The translations under genes and the position numbers were made by a program. A DNA stretch of 56,911 bases, counting the filler, from Sphacelaria rigidula (lineage: Eukaryota), in NCBI GenBank assembly GCA_964200075.2. It is 7 parts of 7 records of this genome, joined end to end, with 100 filler letters (N's around TTAATTAATTAA, not from the genome) between each part and the next. Parts side by side here need not be neighbours in the genome. Positions count along the whole stretch, not along the records: positions 32,580 to 40,623 come from CAXNAA020012524.1; positions 40,724 to 48,767 come from CAXNAA020012525.1; positions 48,868 to 56,911 come from CAXNAA020012526.1; 4 more parts are not named here. One strand, written 5' to 3'. The notes beneath the pieces were generated by a model. The model saw nothing but the letters and a program-made list of their open reading frames with translations, made no database searches and was not told the DNA's origin. Positions 36,162 through 49,179 of the stretch are shown piece after piece (position 1 is the stretch's first letter; every line of letters starts with the position of its first letter).

Positions 36162-39100
36162 GTGAGGAGCTTCAGTTGTTGCACCGGACGATTCGTTGTG
36201 TTTGTTATTATGCGATCTGGAAGGCGGTATTATACTCGTAGTGGCGGGTGTTATTGTACACACGTGCTGACCTTCCTCCTCCTTGGCGCCTCTTGCTTTG
36301 CATCCTTGCCGATGATGGTGATATGGGTAGGGGAAGGATGATGGGGTGAAGTAGCAACGACGAGGAAGACGACGATAACTACGTTTTTTTCCCATTCAAG
36401 CGTTCCCCTTCCTCGAGACGAGCCCATGGTCTCGAGGAATATCAACCCACCTGTCCCTCCCTCTGATTGGATCAGCGCTCCCGCACCGTGTCGACTATCC
36501 TCGGCCTTTTTTCCTTGCTTAGTGCAACACCCTTCTCACGTTTAAACGACGGAAATTAGACGGCTTATCTGGTACAAATAGGTGCGTCTACCGGGAGAGA
36601 TTCAAATCTCCCAAACCTTCCGCCTTAACCGACTTAGGAGTCTCACTAACGGGGCATTTTGTTCCGATTTTTCTTCACTTCCCGATTTCCCCCCCCCTGA
36701 CTTGCCCCCCCCCCCCACTACTGCTGAAAACAAATCCGAAGCTGAATCCTGGGAGCAATCTGTATCAGTCTTGGATGTTGAACTTTTACCTGACCTGGTG
36801 AAGAAATCTGCTCTCACATATTTTGGAGAACAGCTTTCTAAACCCGAAAAATTCGGAGTTTTTGGAAGAAAACCAGATCCGTTGATACAGCTCCTTAACC
36901 CTTTTACGTTTTACCGCCAGGGTGGATCGTGTGGGTTTTGCAATGAATTGTCAAGTGAAATTGATGCCGATTGAAGAGATTCCCCACTCCCGATGGTGAG
37001 AGAGTTGACATGGTGCACCGCGGGGGCAGCGGCGGCGTACTACAAGTATATGTGTGTAAAGTCAACGCGATATTACCGCTTGTCGGCAGGCTAGTCGTAC
37101 ACGAACCCCGTACTTATCTTGAAGAATATTACTGCCTTCACAGGAAGAGCACTTGATGACAGATATCCCAAAAGCTGTTTCGCAACGGGAATCATAATCA
37201 CCAATAACCTTCATTTTTATCATCATCTGTATTTGTATGCAACCTTCAAACTATTCACAAGGACCGTAGCGTTTGGACAGCTATTTTAGTGATGAGGTAC
37301 CGTACAGTACAGTGATCCAAAAATGTTGCATGGGAGAATGAAATCCCAACAAATTTTGTTTTTGAGATCTCCGAAACAACTGTCCCAAAACGACTATGTC
37401 TGCCCGCCAAAACGACTATGTCTGCCCGTCTGTGCCGTTTTGTTGTTGCCGGAAGAGATTTCCGAAAACATGACAAATTTACTGTATACTGTATGTGGCA
37501 GCCGTCAGGTGAACAAAATGGTATTTTGCCGGAGTTACCCTGCTGCATTCTTTCTATATTTTCGGTATCCAGCCAAACGCTTTTCTTCTCTATTCTTTTC
37601 TTTCCCGTCTCCTCGCTCTTAGCAGTGATGAGCTGAGCTTCTTTTTATTGGCGGTCGTAGACAGGAGGATAATATGACCCGATGCTGTACACAGACGAAC
37701 CACATGTACTCGGAATGTTGGCAATGGTGTCGAAATAGATATAGTGTTGCCAGGTCGGACAAATACTGATTCGCCTGAAAATTACGTGTTTCTGCTTTAA
37801 TTGATTCGTATCGTACGAATCAATCCTTGGGCTTTGTTCTCAGCGTGTCGCGTCAGGTCCGCGCACCCCAGGCACGTTGAAGCGCGCAAAGTATGCGTCG
37901 CCATTGTTTTGGATCCGCGATCATTTTTTTTTCTCTCTTCCGAGCAATCAGGCCTCAGAAATCGTAGATATGGTGATTTGAACCTGCGATGATTCGCCCG
38001 ACTCTTGGAAATATACGTTATCTCGCTATCTCGTTATCTCCTCCACAACCGTTTGTATTGTCACCCGTCTTGAAGAACATTCACCGCGTGTTTCGTCTAA
38101 TGCCGAGATATCCCCCTCACAAAAAATGCACCGGAGGCCGTCCGACAAACCGGCTACGATCCCACTGTTGGGCTCGTTTGCAGCGATTTCGCCCACATGT
38201 GGGGCGTGTAGCAGTCCGAAATCAGCTATAAAGCCCAAATGAGTCGCGTCGTGCAGCACGAAACCACCTCTAACCGCATTTATGATCATCGCCTTCGTGC
38301 ACGTTTTTGGCCGGTTCGGGGCGGGGGCTATCTCGGCAGTAGTCTTTCGCGTGTTGCCACAAGTAATCACGTTGACCGTCGCGTCATGACTGCCGGGCAG
38401 GAGAACCTGGTACGGCACAAATCCCTGAAGAAGGACACTTGTCTACCGGATTCGATCTTGTGGCGTTTCAGGAGGGGGCGCTGTCTCTAAAACTGCCGAA
38501 CCAAGAGGCAAGTTTTACGGTGCATCAGGTCGGGACAGACAACGACGCCGTCTTGGCAGCCGTACTTGCGGGTGCGAGAAGGGAGTCTCGAGTGAACGTC
38601 GTGTCTGGACAGGGGTGAGTGTCACACCATGACAGGAAACCTGAACGAACTTTTCGTGAGATTGAGAGTAAAGGATACGATTGAGAGTGAAAAGCGGTCA
38701 ATTAAGGAATGAGATAGTTTCAGTTCCGAAATGTCCCTCCACGAGGCTCGTTACGCGTTCTGTAGTAGGTTTCCACTGAAGCCTTTGATATCCCTGACCA
38801 GGATATCGACTTGTAGCTGTAGGCACACGCCAGAATTACAGCAAAGAAGAACACACACAGAATGACAAATTGGTCACGTTGAAACGAATGATAAACCAAC
38901 TCTCAATCAATGCTCTACTCTCAATCTCACAAACACATCGTTTGTAGGAGTTTCCAGCTGAACCAGGGGATTTTGGTTATTTTTTGGTAGTTGGCGATTT
39001 TCAATAGTTTTTTCGTGTACCATTGCTCTTATCCCAGTGAGTGTTTGATCCCAAAGTTTGGGAATCGGGGGATACTAGGCATCCACTCCACATTCCGAAA

Positions 39101-39378
39101 TAAAAATCATATTTGCACTCAATATTGAACGACTATCCTGGTACTACCCAGCCCCAGCTGCTGACCTTTGCCCCTTTGGGCACAACGCCCATACATGGGG
39201 ATACATTTCTGTAGTGAAATGTGAAATTCAACCAATCAGAGGCCCTTCAGTGAGGAATCGGCGGGATCTAGCGCCGATGAAATGCGACCTTCGTAGTGAA
39301 ATATGTAGGGAAAACTGCATGTGATTTGCTCACAGGCTCGAGTCACACCTGTAGTGTTCAGCGTGATGGATAGAACAG

Positions 39379-39720
39379 CAGCAGAGAAACGGAGCTGCAA
39401 GCAGACAAGCCGACAGCTAGGGAAACATTGCCGCCGCAGTGGATCATTGTGATGCTCATGCATCAGTATATCCCCCATCTTGATATGGCTGGTTGTGTCT
39501 TTCAGTGGCCGCGAGCGCTGGTGCCGATGCCAGCAGCAGCAGCCGTCATGCTGACGGGTGCAAGCAAAACCCTGGCGGTGCAATATATCCGCACGGTGCT
39601 GTGCGTTGCTCCATTTATCGGAGCATGGGGTCTGGCCCAGCCGGTCGAGTTGTGTATACTGGTGCTGTTTGTGTGCCTTTACCCAGTCATGTTCGGTATC
39701 GCGCAAGTGATGGGTCCGGG
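39379..39720 (+). CDS. Possible exon encoding hydrophobic, membrane-like segments
   Basis: Open frame ...LPPQWIIVMLM...LCILVLFVCLYPVMFGIAQVMGP with a possible donor GG|GTAAC. The acceptor is weak and the phase does not match the previous exon. Confidence 0.25.
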
Positions 39721-40989
39721 TAACATGGAGTTTTCAACAGACAGTCAAGTGTGTAGACAGCACTGCGTCCCGACTGATACTTCTGTATATGTTATAGAGA
39801 GACGAACACATTAACACAGCACATCAAGCAATCTCAGCGGAGACCAAACCGTCTTCGCAAGGTCTAGAACAAACCGTCTTCGCAAGGTCTAGCACATGAG
39901 AGCGGACGTGAGTGTGTTCGTGTTGCAGTATAGTACAGCGAAACAAGACATGTCCGATGTTTTAGTTCTTTGGCTGATTTCGAACGGGTCCTCAGTGTTT
40001 GCCGGGTGCCGATCTTGAACGTGGGACATAATCGCGCTCCGCGCGAATAATTAAATTTACAACAAAATTATCCTTGCGCATGGGTCCTGTGCCGACCTTT
40101 TGGTGTTTTTGCTCGATTGAAGCAATCCTGATCGTTATGGTTAACATATACATATGTACATGTATGTATTTGATTGTACCTATTCATTGTGCTAAGGCTG
40201 AAAACTGTGGTTTTTGGACCTGTGACTGTCGATAGCACCCCCCTCATGAGCGCGGTCCTCACTCCGTATCGCTCCGACAACACCAGCTATTAATAGAGGA
40301 TCGTGTCTTGAGCACCACCTGCCTCGTTTCCCATTATATATATATATATATATCGACTCTAATATTTCGAGTGCTACGGAAGAATGCTATACGCAAAAAA
40401 TCGGAAACGTACACAGCTACGAGCTGGGCCAGCCTCGATGCGGATTTAAAGTATGCAGGCGAATGCACTGGTCAATATTATAGTTCGAGCGTAAAATTTG
40501 GTATGGACAATGCATAGGGCATTACATTTTTTGGGGGACAATGGCCTAGAAAAGGTATACCTTCTGCTCTATTGCCTAAGAATGGTACGAAAAATGGCCA
40601 GAAACGCGAAAACAGCCAAACACNNNNNNNNNNNNNNNNNNNNNNNNNNNNNNNNNNNNNNNNNNNNTTAATTAATTAANNNNNNNNNNNNNNNNNNNNN
40701 NNNNNNNNNNNNNNNNNNNNNNNAGTCGACTGGATTTGTGTGACGTGAGTTGACGCGGTGCGGGAGTGCTGATAGTCATGACCTAATCCGCGAGACCAAA
40801 TGCAAGGCGCGTACCGGGGGAGAGATGGGTTAGACCACGGGCTCATCCCGAGGAAGGGGAGGGGTTCAAAGTGTGAGGAAAGAAAAAAAACGACTATACC
40901 TCGTCCGTGAGTGGTGCCACGGTAGGGGTTCACAATGTTTTTCTGAGTCTCTGCACCTTTGGGACCCTTTCATGAAAAATAACTGGGTC

Positions 40990-42880
40990 GAAATATGCAA
41001 CCTCAGATAACGGATGGCCCAATAAGTGCAGCCCTACCGTCACACTTCCGTGAAAAAACAACTAGGCACAGGCGTTTTTCACATTTGGGGCGATCATCCG
41101 GTGCTGTGGCACTTGGCCCAACAGCTGAGATTTTCCACGGCCCAGTCCAATTTAAAGAGAGGACTGCCTTTACTACTTTATCCAAAGTATTCTTCCCCGC
41201 GCTAGCTCCTTGGCGGCCCGCTTTCACGTCATTATACACCCAAATCCACGCACCTACCTTTCAGATTGATCGCTTGGGCACTACCGCATCCATCGTAACG
41301 TTTGCGCATTCCGCTTTGGCCAAGTTGATTTGGTTTTACTCTTGAGCTAATTCGTATGCCAAATGCAGTCGATTGTAGAGATCGTAGGACTCTCTGATAT
41401 CCCGATACTGTTGTTGCAGGGGCTGATGGTTCAGCCCACTCATGCTTGAACCCGCGATGGTTCGGGTGATGCACATGGGGTCCAGAGACCAGTGTTGATA
41501 GTTGAGAGTTAGTCGGATCTTGCCATTTCTCTCCCAAATAACCGCTAGAGAGGAGGCTCACGAGGATGACGACTAGGAGAAGGATTCCCGCGGCTACGTG
41601 GCTATTCAAAATTACTTGTACTTTCCTAGCGAGCAGCGGGTGTGCGCGACGCGAGCGCATGGAAAGCGGTTGTGCTCCTTCTGGCTTCTCGATTTTTCAA
41701 CCGCGTCATGATGCATCGACCTGAAGTCAGAGGTGAGGTTGAGGAATGCTTGGTGTATCGTATCAGCGCATCTCTTGGTTTGTTGGTGACCGCTGAAGTC
41801 CACCCGTCATAGTCTAGAATGAAAGTGATGTGACGAAGGATCGGGGAACTAAAATTACACAGGCGCAAAACAACTTGCCCGCTGCTCAGGCTGTAACTTA
41901 TCCGACAACTTTGCGGGCATCTCGGGTTCCACGTCTTCAGCTGACGCAGTCACGACCATCGGGTCTACTATATCCGGTCCGTCGGGCTCGGGGTTTTGCT
42001 CTGAGTCAATTCTGGCGAACAGCCAGAGAGGCAAATATCGGACAAAAATGTAGGTGGTAGAGGGGTCGTGTAAAACCCCAGCAACCGGCTGGGTACTACA
42101 TCAACACACTCCGGGGACATGGGGAAAAGTTCATGCCGTCATTCCTTCGTAAATGTATTTTGTTCAAACATTTAACCTTACTTGTCGTCGTGGGTTAGCA
42201 AGCCTACGAACACTGGTCCGGTTAGTGCCGCTAGACCATGCCGTCGCACGACTCTTCCAACGGTTGCGATTCAGGCAAAAGTGACTCGACCTCCTCTCTT
42301 GCATAAAATATCTTGAAGGAAGAGGGGTGTTTGAGAGGAGTTATTTATGGCACGCCTGCGCACCAGGTTGGTTATCAAAATGTCCCAGCGACAGTTTGCC
42401 CATTGGGGACGAGTGTGGTGACCACGGTCGGTGATATGCGCATGTGTCGAGAATCGTAGCCAGCTACCTCTTGACCACAAATATCAAACGCCATGGCGTC
42501 GGTGGGGGCACTTTACATCAAAACGGAAACTCTGGCGGTGGGGGTTCCCTCGTGATAAATTAGGGCGCTCAATATCACGGTCTGTGTAACACTTTAGGGA
42601 GTGCCACAACCGAAAACCGCCGACGGGTCGGGGTGGAACAAAGAGGACAGAAATTTGTCATCTGCAGCGCCGATGCGGAGCGTCTGCCCCCAGCAGGTGG
42701 TAGTGATGAAAGTCTGAGGAGTAATGCCGCGATAGCGCCCCGTAGAAACTGGCTGATTTGAGGGGAAATATTTTCATGCGAATCAAAATGGCACAAGCCG
42801 GGCGCAACGAGCTGCTCGTAACTCCGAAGCTTGGGAAAGTCTTCGCCAAATTCGCCCATATAGCTCGGGGGGGAAACTGG
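40990..42880 (-). pseudogene. Heavily decayed Ty3/gypsy pol remnant
   Basis: YNDVKAGRQG...LSLNWTGPWKISAVGPSATAPDDRP aligns with WIYNSLSTIRQG...FNLTGPFKILAVGPSPSSPDDKP of the 49-54 kb element. The upstream extent is uncertain. Confidence 0.65.
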
Positions 42881-43343
42881 CTGGAAAAACCGCTGTAGGC
42901 ATGCAGACGCGTGTATTGTTCTGTAGTTGATGTGTTACGTGTGAATACAAGATTTGAAATTGGGTTTATTGCGGATTTGGCTCTTGAGAGGTTCGCGATC
43001 TGTACCCTCTGAATTGCCTACTCCACCTGCAAAAGGGCCGCGCCACCGAAGAGTCGCGCCCGATGAAATGATAGGTGGGAAACAATATGTTGACATGATT
43101 TATACCATACTGTGAAAAGGTGATTCCTTGACAAGACACTTATGGGAATTTCCCCCCTCTATGTGGTGCTTCCCATATCACCCCCCCTTTTATGAACCTC
43201 TTGGAGGTTTGTGTGAGTAACCTTTCACGTGACCTTCTGTTCGTGAAGCGTACGAGCTATCTCACTGGTGTAGCCAATGTGAAACGGTGACTCCTTGACA
43301 GACACTTCTGGGAATTTGTTCCTTTTATGAGTTGGTTCCTAAA

Positions 43344-43630
43344 ATATGAACAGAAGGTGGAGAACATGTACGCATGATTCGCGATGAATAAATGAAAAGT
43401 GGGGAACATATACTCTTGATTCACCTCGTATGAGTGGAAGGTGGGGAACACGTACGTATGATTCGTGCTGCATGAACGGAAGTAGGAAAACAGGTACGCT
43501 TAATTCACCTCGTATGGATGGAAGGTGAGGAATGTGTACCCATGATTCATGCTGAATGAATGGAAATTGGGAAACATGCATCTATGCTTCACGCTACTCG
43601 TATACGAATGGAAGGTAGAAACGTGTACCT
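43344..43630 (+). repeat. Minisatellite of about 42-bp units, about 7 copies
   Basis: Consensus approximately GTATGAATGGAAGGTGGGGAACA(C/T)GTAC..ATGATTC. Confidence 0.8.
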
Positions 43631-44542
43631 TTGACGGTGTACCGCACAAATCACGAACTGGGAATGTGTACACTCGGAGTGGTGTCGATCACAACGTGCG
43701 TACGAATCGAATGATTGATTCGTCCAAGTGTTGAATATGAGTCGAATCACGATTTTACTCGTCCGAACCGTCGTACGTTTTTACAGTATAGCAGGGACTA
43801 CAGTACTCTAGAGCACCCATGCACTGGTGTGGAGGAAGATTTACTCTGTCTCAAACTTGAGCCAACTCGTGTCATCTGCGGCATGGATGGATTTTCGCAA
43901 ATCATTTTGCAATGGAAATATCCCTTGTCTAGACAGTGAAACTTCCCTCTGTGTCTCTGCCGGTAATGTAACGCGAGCGCGGTGCTCTCCCGCAACACAG
44001 GGGTCAAGGTTTCACAACGGGGGTGGTGCTCACCCTCGGCTGCACGGACTCCGCCAAAACTCGTTGCATACAACTCTGGTGTCGTTTCAATCTACGAGAT
44101 TAACTCCCTGTACATATAATAATACACCTCAATCATCCACACGTCTGCTCCTTCCGCCTTCGCAATGCTGTCTGGTCGGCTGCTGCACGCTCAGCACGTG
44201 CGGATCGTCCTTGCGATATTGGAACATTTGCCATCATCCACGTTTCTCACGGAGGCGTTTAGAATACTAAAAAAAACAATTTCCCCGGCGAAACACTACC
44301 CGGTTTCTCCGCGCCATCTCACAAACCGCTCAGCACAACAGTGCTGTCTTGCCGTTTCCTGATTTGTGTATATCTATTTTTCCTACTTTCTGCGGCTAGC
44401 TGCATCATACGTGTGCCTCCTCCCTCTCTCCTCTTTCCCTGAATTGTTATTAATATCGTTTACAGTGTTCGTTGTTTTGTACAAAGTTTAGACGAGTGTT
44501 TCATTAGGCAAACTACACATCAGAGGTTGTAACAAGAATACC

Positions 44543-44669
44543 ATGGCCGCACCGGCACCTACCACGAGGCAAATTCCTATCGTGTGCCCCGGGCACTCGC
44601 GTCCGCTGGCGGAAGTATCTTACTGCCCGGAGACGCCGGATGGGACGTTTCTGATCAGCGGCTGCCATG
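44543..44669 (+). CDS. STRAP: STRAP/UNRIP-like WD40 protein, exon 1
   Basis: MAAPAPTTRQIPIVCPGHSRPLAEVSYCPETPDGTFLISGCH matches the STRAP N-terminus (P..C.GH.RP...F....P.G.FLISAC). Donor G|GTGAGT, phase 1. Confidence 0.92.
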
Positions 44670-47340
44670 GTGAGTGTTTAGTTTTTTTTATTTGCTGCAG
44701 TCGGTTGTGCTGTGTGTGTTGGAGGTACTTGACGTAAGTGACGGTATCATGGAGTATAACACCCCCCCCCATTCGCACGGTATGTGACAATAGGTCTTCC
44801 GATCTCCAAATGTCAAGAAGTACCCGTGCTTGCGACAGGTCATGTCTTCTTGATCGAAGGATTTCAACGGCAAGTTAACATGAAGCCAAGTCTTCAAGGC
44901 GCGTCTCCGTTAGCGGTGTGGCTCATAGACAAACTATGAGATGTTTTGAAGACAACCGCATTTGGGAAAATCACCACCCGTCCCGGGCCCACGAAGAGGT
45001 TACCTTGTGTGCTTTGGCCGCGAGGCACAGCAAACGAAAGCCTAACGCTAGTGGATAGCCGCGAAGATGTTTTGATTCGCTGTGTCTGGCATGGGTTGCA
45101 CCGCTAGGTTTGTCGTTGTTCTCCCACCCGCTCATCTGTGCCACATATTCATTGCAGCAGAATGCCCGCTCGGTTCAGAGGGTGTTATCTATCGTATCGT
45201 TGTGCAGAGCGGCCCCTCTGTGTGCCTTGGGGTCTGTCTGTCGTGAGCTCTAACTGTCTGATCAGCTATAAGTGGCCCATGCAGCTGCCATTCGTCGATT
45301 TCGTTGCTGATTGGTTGCCATCTTTATCCGTTGCTTCTGATGCTTGTCGGTCTGGGTGTAGCTGTGGTGGGCCAAAATACTCAAACCTCGAAGAACCTCC
45401 AAGTTTGCCGCGCGATTGCCATGCTTCAATTGCCTACGGCACCACTGACGGTGAACCTGTACTCCTATTGCACTGTCTGCACTGTAATTTGCTGTGTGTC
45501 TGTTGTGGCATCCTATACATCAGCAGCTACGCGCGGGTCCGATTCAAACCTGCCTACTGCACGGTTCTGTGCCTGCCGTACATCCCGAGATTTTGGGAGT
45601 ACGTTGCATGGACCGGTCGGACCGAACCACTTCTGTCTGTACAACACAGACAGTAGTGCCCACCGGTAATTTACAGAAAAAAACGCCAGTTTTTGCTAGC
45701 AGATTGTGAATGGTTGGTAGCTGAAAGGTGACCAACTAGCCACGGCCGCGAACCAGTAGTTTCCGAGCCCAACTTCGCCTAAACGCTTGCGTACTACTGA
45801 ATCAGGAGAATCTTCTCTGGCTGTAACCCTTTTCTTTTTCTTTCTCATGAGCAACCGTTCGCCTGAACGGTTGCGTTTACTGTAGTACGAGGGGGTAAAA
45901 ATCTTGGGCGGTATACTTTTCGTTTCGACTGTCATGGTCCAGCTTTGTCTTTGCACTTGTGCTCACTCCAGAGCCAAGGGGGAAATGTTTGGGGCCGACA
46001 TGCTCGAGACAGGGGAAGAGTGAAAAGTGGAATGTGACGAAAGGTGGGCACCTGTAAAAAAAAGCAGTTATAACCGCTTCTTGGAAACCCCAATAGACGT
46101 TTACAGCTCACGGTTCAACCGTGTCACCGGAAAATCTGTTCAACCAGGAAAAGGATGCTTTTATATGGCGGTTAAACCTGCTGAAAAAAAACGGTTGAAC
46201 CGTTTTTTATTCGAATAACGCCTCTTATCCGGTAACCGTTTTTTTGTCTTCATCTCTCTTCGGTATTCCTTCTTCCCCCGTTATCCAGAGTCTCTTCAGA
46301 TAGTGCAACCCAAGAGACTCTCGGTACACGGCAACACGTACCAGTCTGGGCTCCAGGGTTCCGTGTTGTTCGCGATCCAAGTTGCCGTTAGCAAGTTTGG
46401 TGTGTCGGGTCGTTCAACATTTAGTCTATGTCGACCCCTCTGATGCCATGTGGGAATATGTGTGCACACGCACGATTTTAAGGCTCTGAAACCTGACGTA
46501 CGCGAGAAGAAATCGCCATAAACCACGAAACATTGGCTAGAATTGATGTGTATAGCACGGCACAACAATAGCCAAGTTGGAATCTGAGCAACCTCGTCCT
46601 GTGTGGTACAGTAATTGCTTTTTGTTTGCAGCACACACGACGCGACGAAGAAGTGTGACACAACCCGGCATAAAGGCAGCAAAGAGCAACACAATCGTGA
46701 CGCAGCTATGGCGAAAGCCATGCGTTGGAAATTCAGACGGCTTTGTAACGACCCTGGTAGATCGATGCCTGTGTGCGCTAGGTCAAAACCTTGACATGGA
46801 CGCCCGGAGCTCAAAAACAGATGAATATTATCAGGAGCTCGTCACTGTCGGTTTGTGTTGTCTTCCGGCTCATTGCCGATCACATGAGAAACAAGGGGCT
46901 CAATTTCCCTCCTCCGGGGGAGGCTCACAGTAGGATCCTGACAAATGGAGAAAGCATTGAGTAAATATCAGCACGTCAGCTGCAGCTGACTGTCAAAATA
47001 AGGCTCCAGTGCATGTTGCAAACGTCGACTGCTTTCTTGCCTGCTTGTCTCGTATGTAGGGTCATGCGTTGACGTTGTGTCACACATAACGGTCTACTAT
47101 ACCTGTATGCTCGCCGGAGCATGACATGTAGTGAAGTATGTGTGTATCATGGGGGATTTAAGATTTCGGCTAGCACCAATAAGTAGAGACGCCGACAACG
47201 CAGCGCCAGTATAGTGTACACGATAATATCAAGTTATGGATGAGTATTTCTGGTACTGTCGTGTGTTGCAATGTGTATCACTGTCCATTGCTGCTGCCGT
47301 TGTTGCCATTCCTGTTGTGTTGATCGTGGTGTACGGACAG

Positions 47341-47457
47341 CCAAGACGCCCATGATCCGAAACGGATCGACCGGCAACTGGATCGGCACTTTCGTAGGAC
47401 ATAAAGGGGCCGTTTGGGGCGTGGCGCTGGACGATAGCGGTCTTCTAGCTGCCACAG
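47341..47457 (+). CDS. STRAP: STRAP-like WD40 protein, exon 2
   Basis: Acceptor gacag|, then (A)[38 protein letters not shown], containing the STRAP signature PM.R.G.TG.WIGTF.GHKGAVW. Donor G|GTA, phase 1. Confidence 0.95.
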
Positions 47458-47619
47458 GTACGCGTCTGTCTATCTGCTTCTCTCGGTGTGGTGTTGAGTG
47501 TAGGGCATCGTTTGACGACCGCAGGGGTGGGAGGGGGGCTGGTTATCAATGCTGTCAAGTCAGATGGCCGATGAATCTTGGTTGACAAGACGATAAAAAA
47601 GAATCTTGAAACCAAGCGG

Positions 47620-47768
47620 CAGGTACCCTTGTGGCAGAGGGAAATGCGCTTGGTAATTGATTGCGAGGCTGGTCCGGCAAAAACCCGGCGTGCCCCGTCT
47701 TGACTGTGTAGGGATGTGAGGTCAATGGCCATATGACTACGGCATGTAAGATCATGAGTACACCCCCT
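47620..47768 (+). mobile_element. 3' end of C-tailed LINE-related element in STRAP intron 2
   Basis: GTAGGGATGTGAGGTCAATGGCCATATGACTACGGCATGTAAGATCATGAGTACACCCCC. The 5' boundary is approximate. Confidence 0.75.
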
Positions 47769-47820
47769 CCTTTTCCCCTTTTATGATCTCCCAACCCAAC
47801 CGTTGTCCCCGGGTGCGCAG

Positions 47821-48005
47821 CATCTGCGGATTTTTCGGCACGACTGTGGGACGCAGTGACGGGCAATCAAATTCACGAGTTCGTGCACAAGCACATCGTT
47901 AAGAGCGTGCACTTTGCGGCTGACCGCTCAAAGCTGGCCACAGCGGGGCACGAGGGTACACTGAGGATTTTCGACGTGGCCTCACCGGGTAGCCCCCCAA
48001 CCGAG
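47821..48005 (+). CDS. STRAP: STRAP-like WD40 protein, exon 3 (the gene continues beyond the contig)
   Basis: Acceptor gcgcag|, then (A)SADFSARLWDAVTGNQIHEFVHKHIVKSVHF...GHEGTLRIFD...PPTE, donor GAG|GTATG. The three exons total 429 nt (143 codons) in frame. Confidence 0.95.
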
Positions 48006-49179
48006 GTATGGCCTCTTGTCGAACGTGGAGGGTTTCGTGTATGTTGTGCTCTGCTTCGTGCTCCATGTGTGTCATACATACTCCAGTGTTTATCAATGCT
48101 CCAGCTTGTGTTTTGTTCTCCCGTGTGTCGTACTCCAGGATGTGTGTCATGCTCCATGTGTGCGTCAAAAGTTAAGTCTGTGTGCCATAATTCATGTTGG
48201 TGTGTCCCCTATGACCAACGAGATTCGCGTGAGTTTGTAATCTTGACCAAATTGAATAACGAACAAAATACCCCGACCCTTAGCAACGGTGACCTACCTT
48301 TTCGTGATGCCGTTCTTTTTCAGAGAAAGTTCTGCCGATCGAATGAACATTCCAGAAACCAGCTCGAAACTGAATGTACAATGTCGTTGGGGCCCTACAC
48401 GTTTTTGGTCCCGGTTACATTAAGAGCCCTCTACACATCTGATATGATTGTTGTTGTTGTTGTTGTTGTTGTTGAGGATATTTTGACGTGAAGTGACGGA
48501 AAATAAACGCTCGGAAATGGTTCACAGCTAAAGGGTGAACGAGGTGTTATTTTGCAGAGAAGACAAGGAGAAAAAATGCTTGTGTTCACACCCTGGACAA
48601 GAGATGACATTGTCAAAACGTGAACTACGCACATTATGTCTACTGTCTATTGCAATAGACGAAATAGTCGATAGTGTACGCAGTGCACTTTCTGACAATG
48701 TGTGTGTCTTGTCATCCCATTAATTCTGGGCACCAGTCTACACCTTTCGGTATATGTGGGCGCATCANNNNNNNNNNNNNNNNNNNNNNNNNNNNNNNNN
48801 NNNNNNNNNNNTTAATTAATTAANNNNNNNNNNNNNNNNNNNNNNNNNNNNNNNNNNNNNNNNNNNNGATAAGGTACGATTGAAAAAAAATTCCTAGACC
48901 AGGTATACCTCGGCGAAATGTGGCCTACAAAAGGTAAGCGGTTTCTGGAGGCAGAATGTTCGTTTTCGCGTGGCCATCTCTCTCGAGTAACATGTTTTTT
49001 ATCCTCTTTTTTTTTCGAGTCCCGGATGCCACTGGCCCCCCCGAACGATGTGCGTGAAAACTCGGAGCGGAAACGGTCAAAATGGCGTGTCTGACTGTTT
49101 TCATGTTTCTAGCCATTTTTCGTACTTTTCCTACGCAAAAAACGAGAAGATATACATTTTCTAGACCACTTCCAGTTTA

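Noticed and set aside
38240-38560. Possible remnant of another RTE-like LINE C-terminus
   Set aside because: The resemblance is only impressionistic and too degraded to support.
37385-39895. Short tandem duplications (about 22 bp near 37385 and about 25 bp near 39845)
   Set aside because: Ordinary slippage duplications with no further structure.
47856-48491. 211-aa single-exon ORF
   Set aside because: Only 47821-48005 is STRAP coding sequence. The rest is read-through into the intron after the GAG|GTATG donor.
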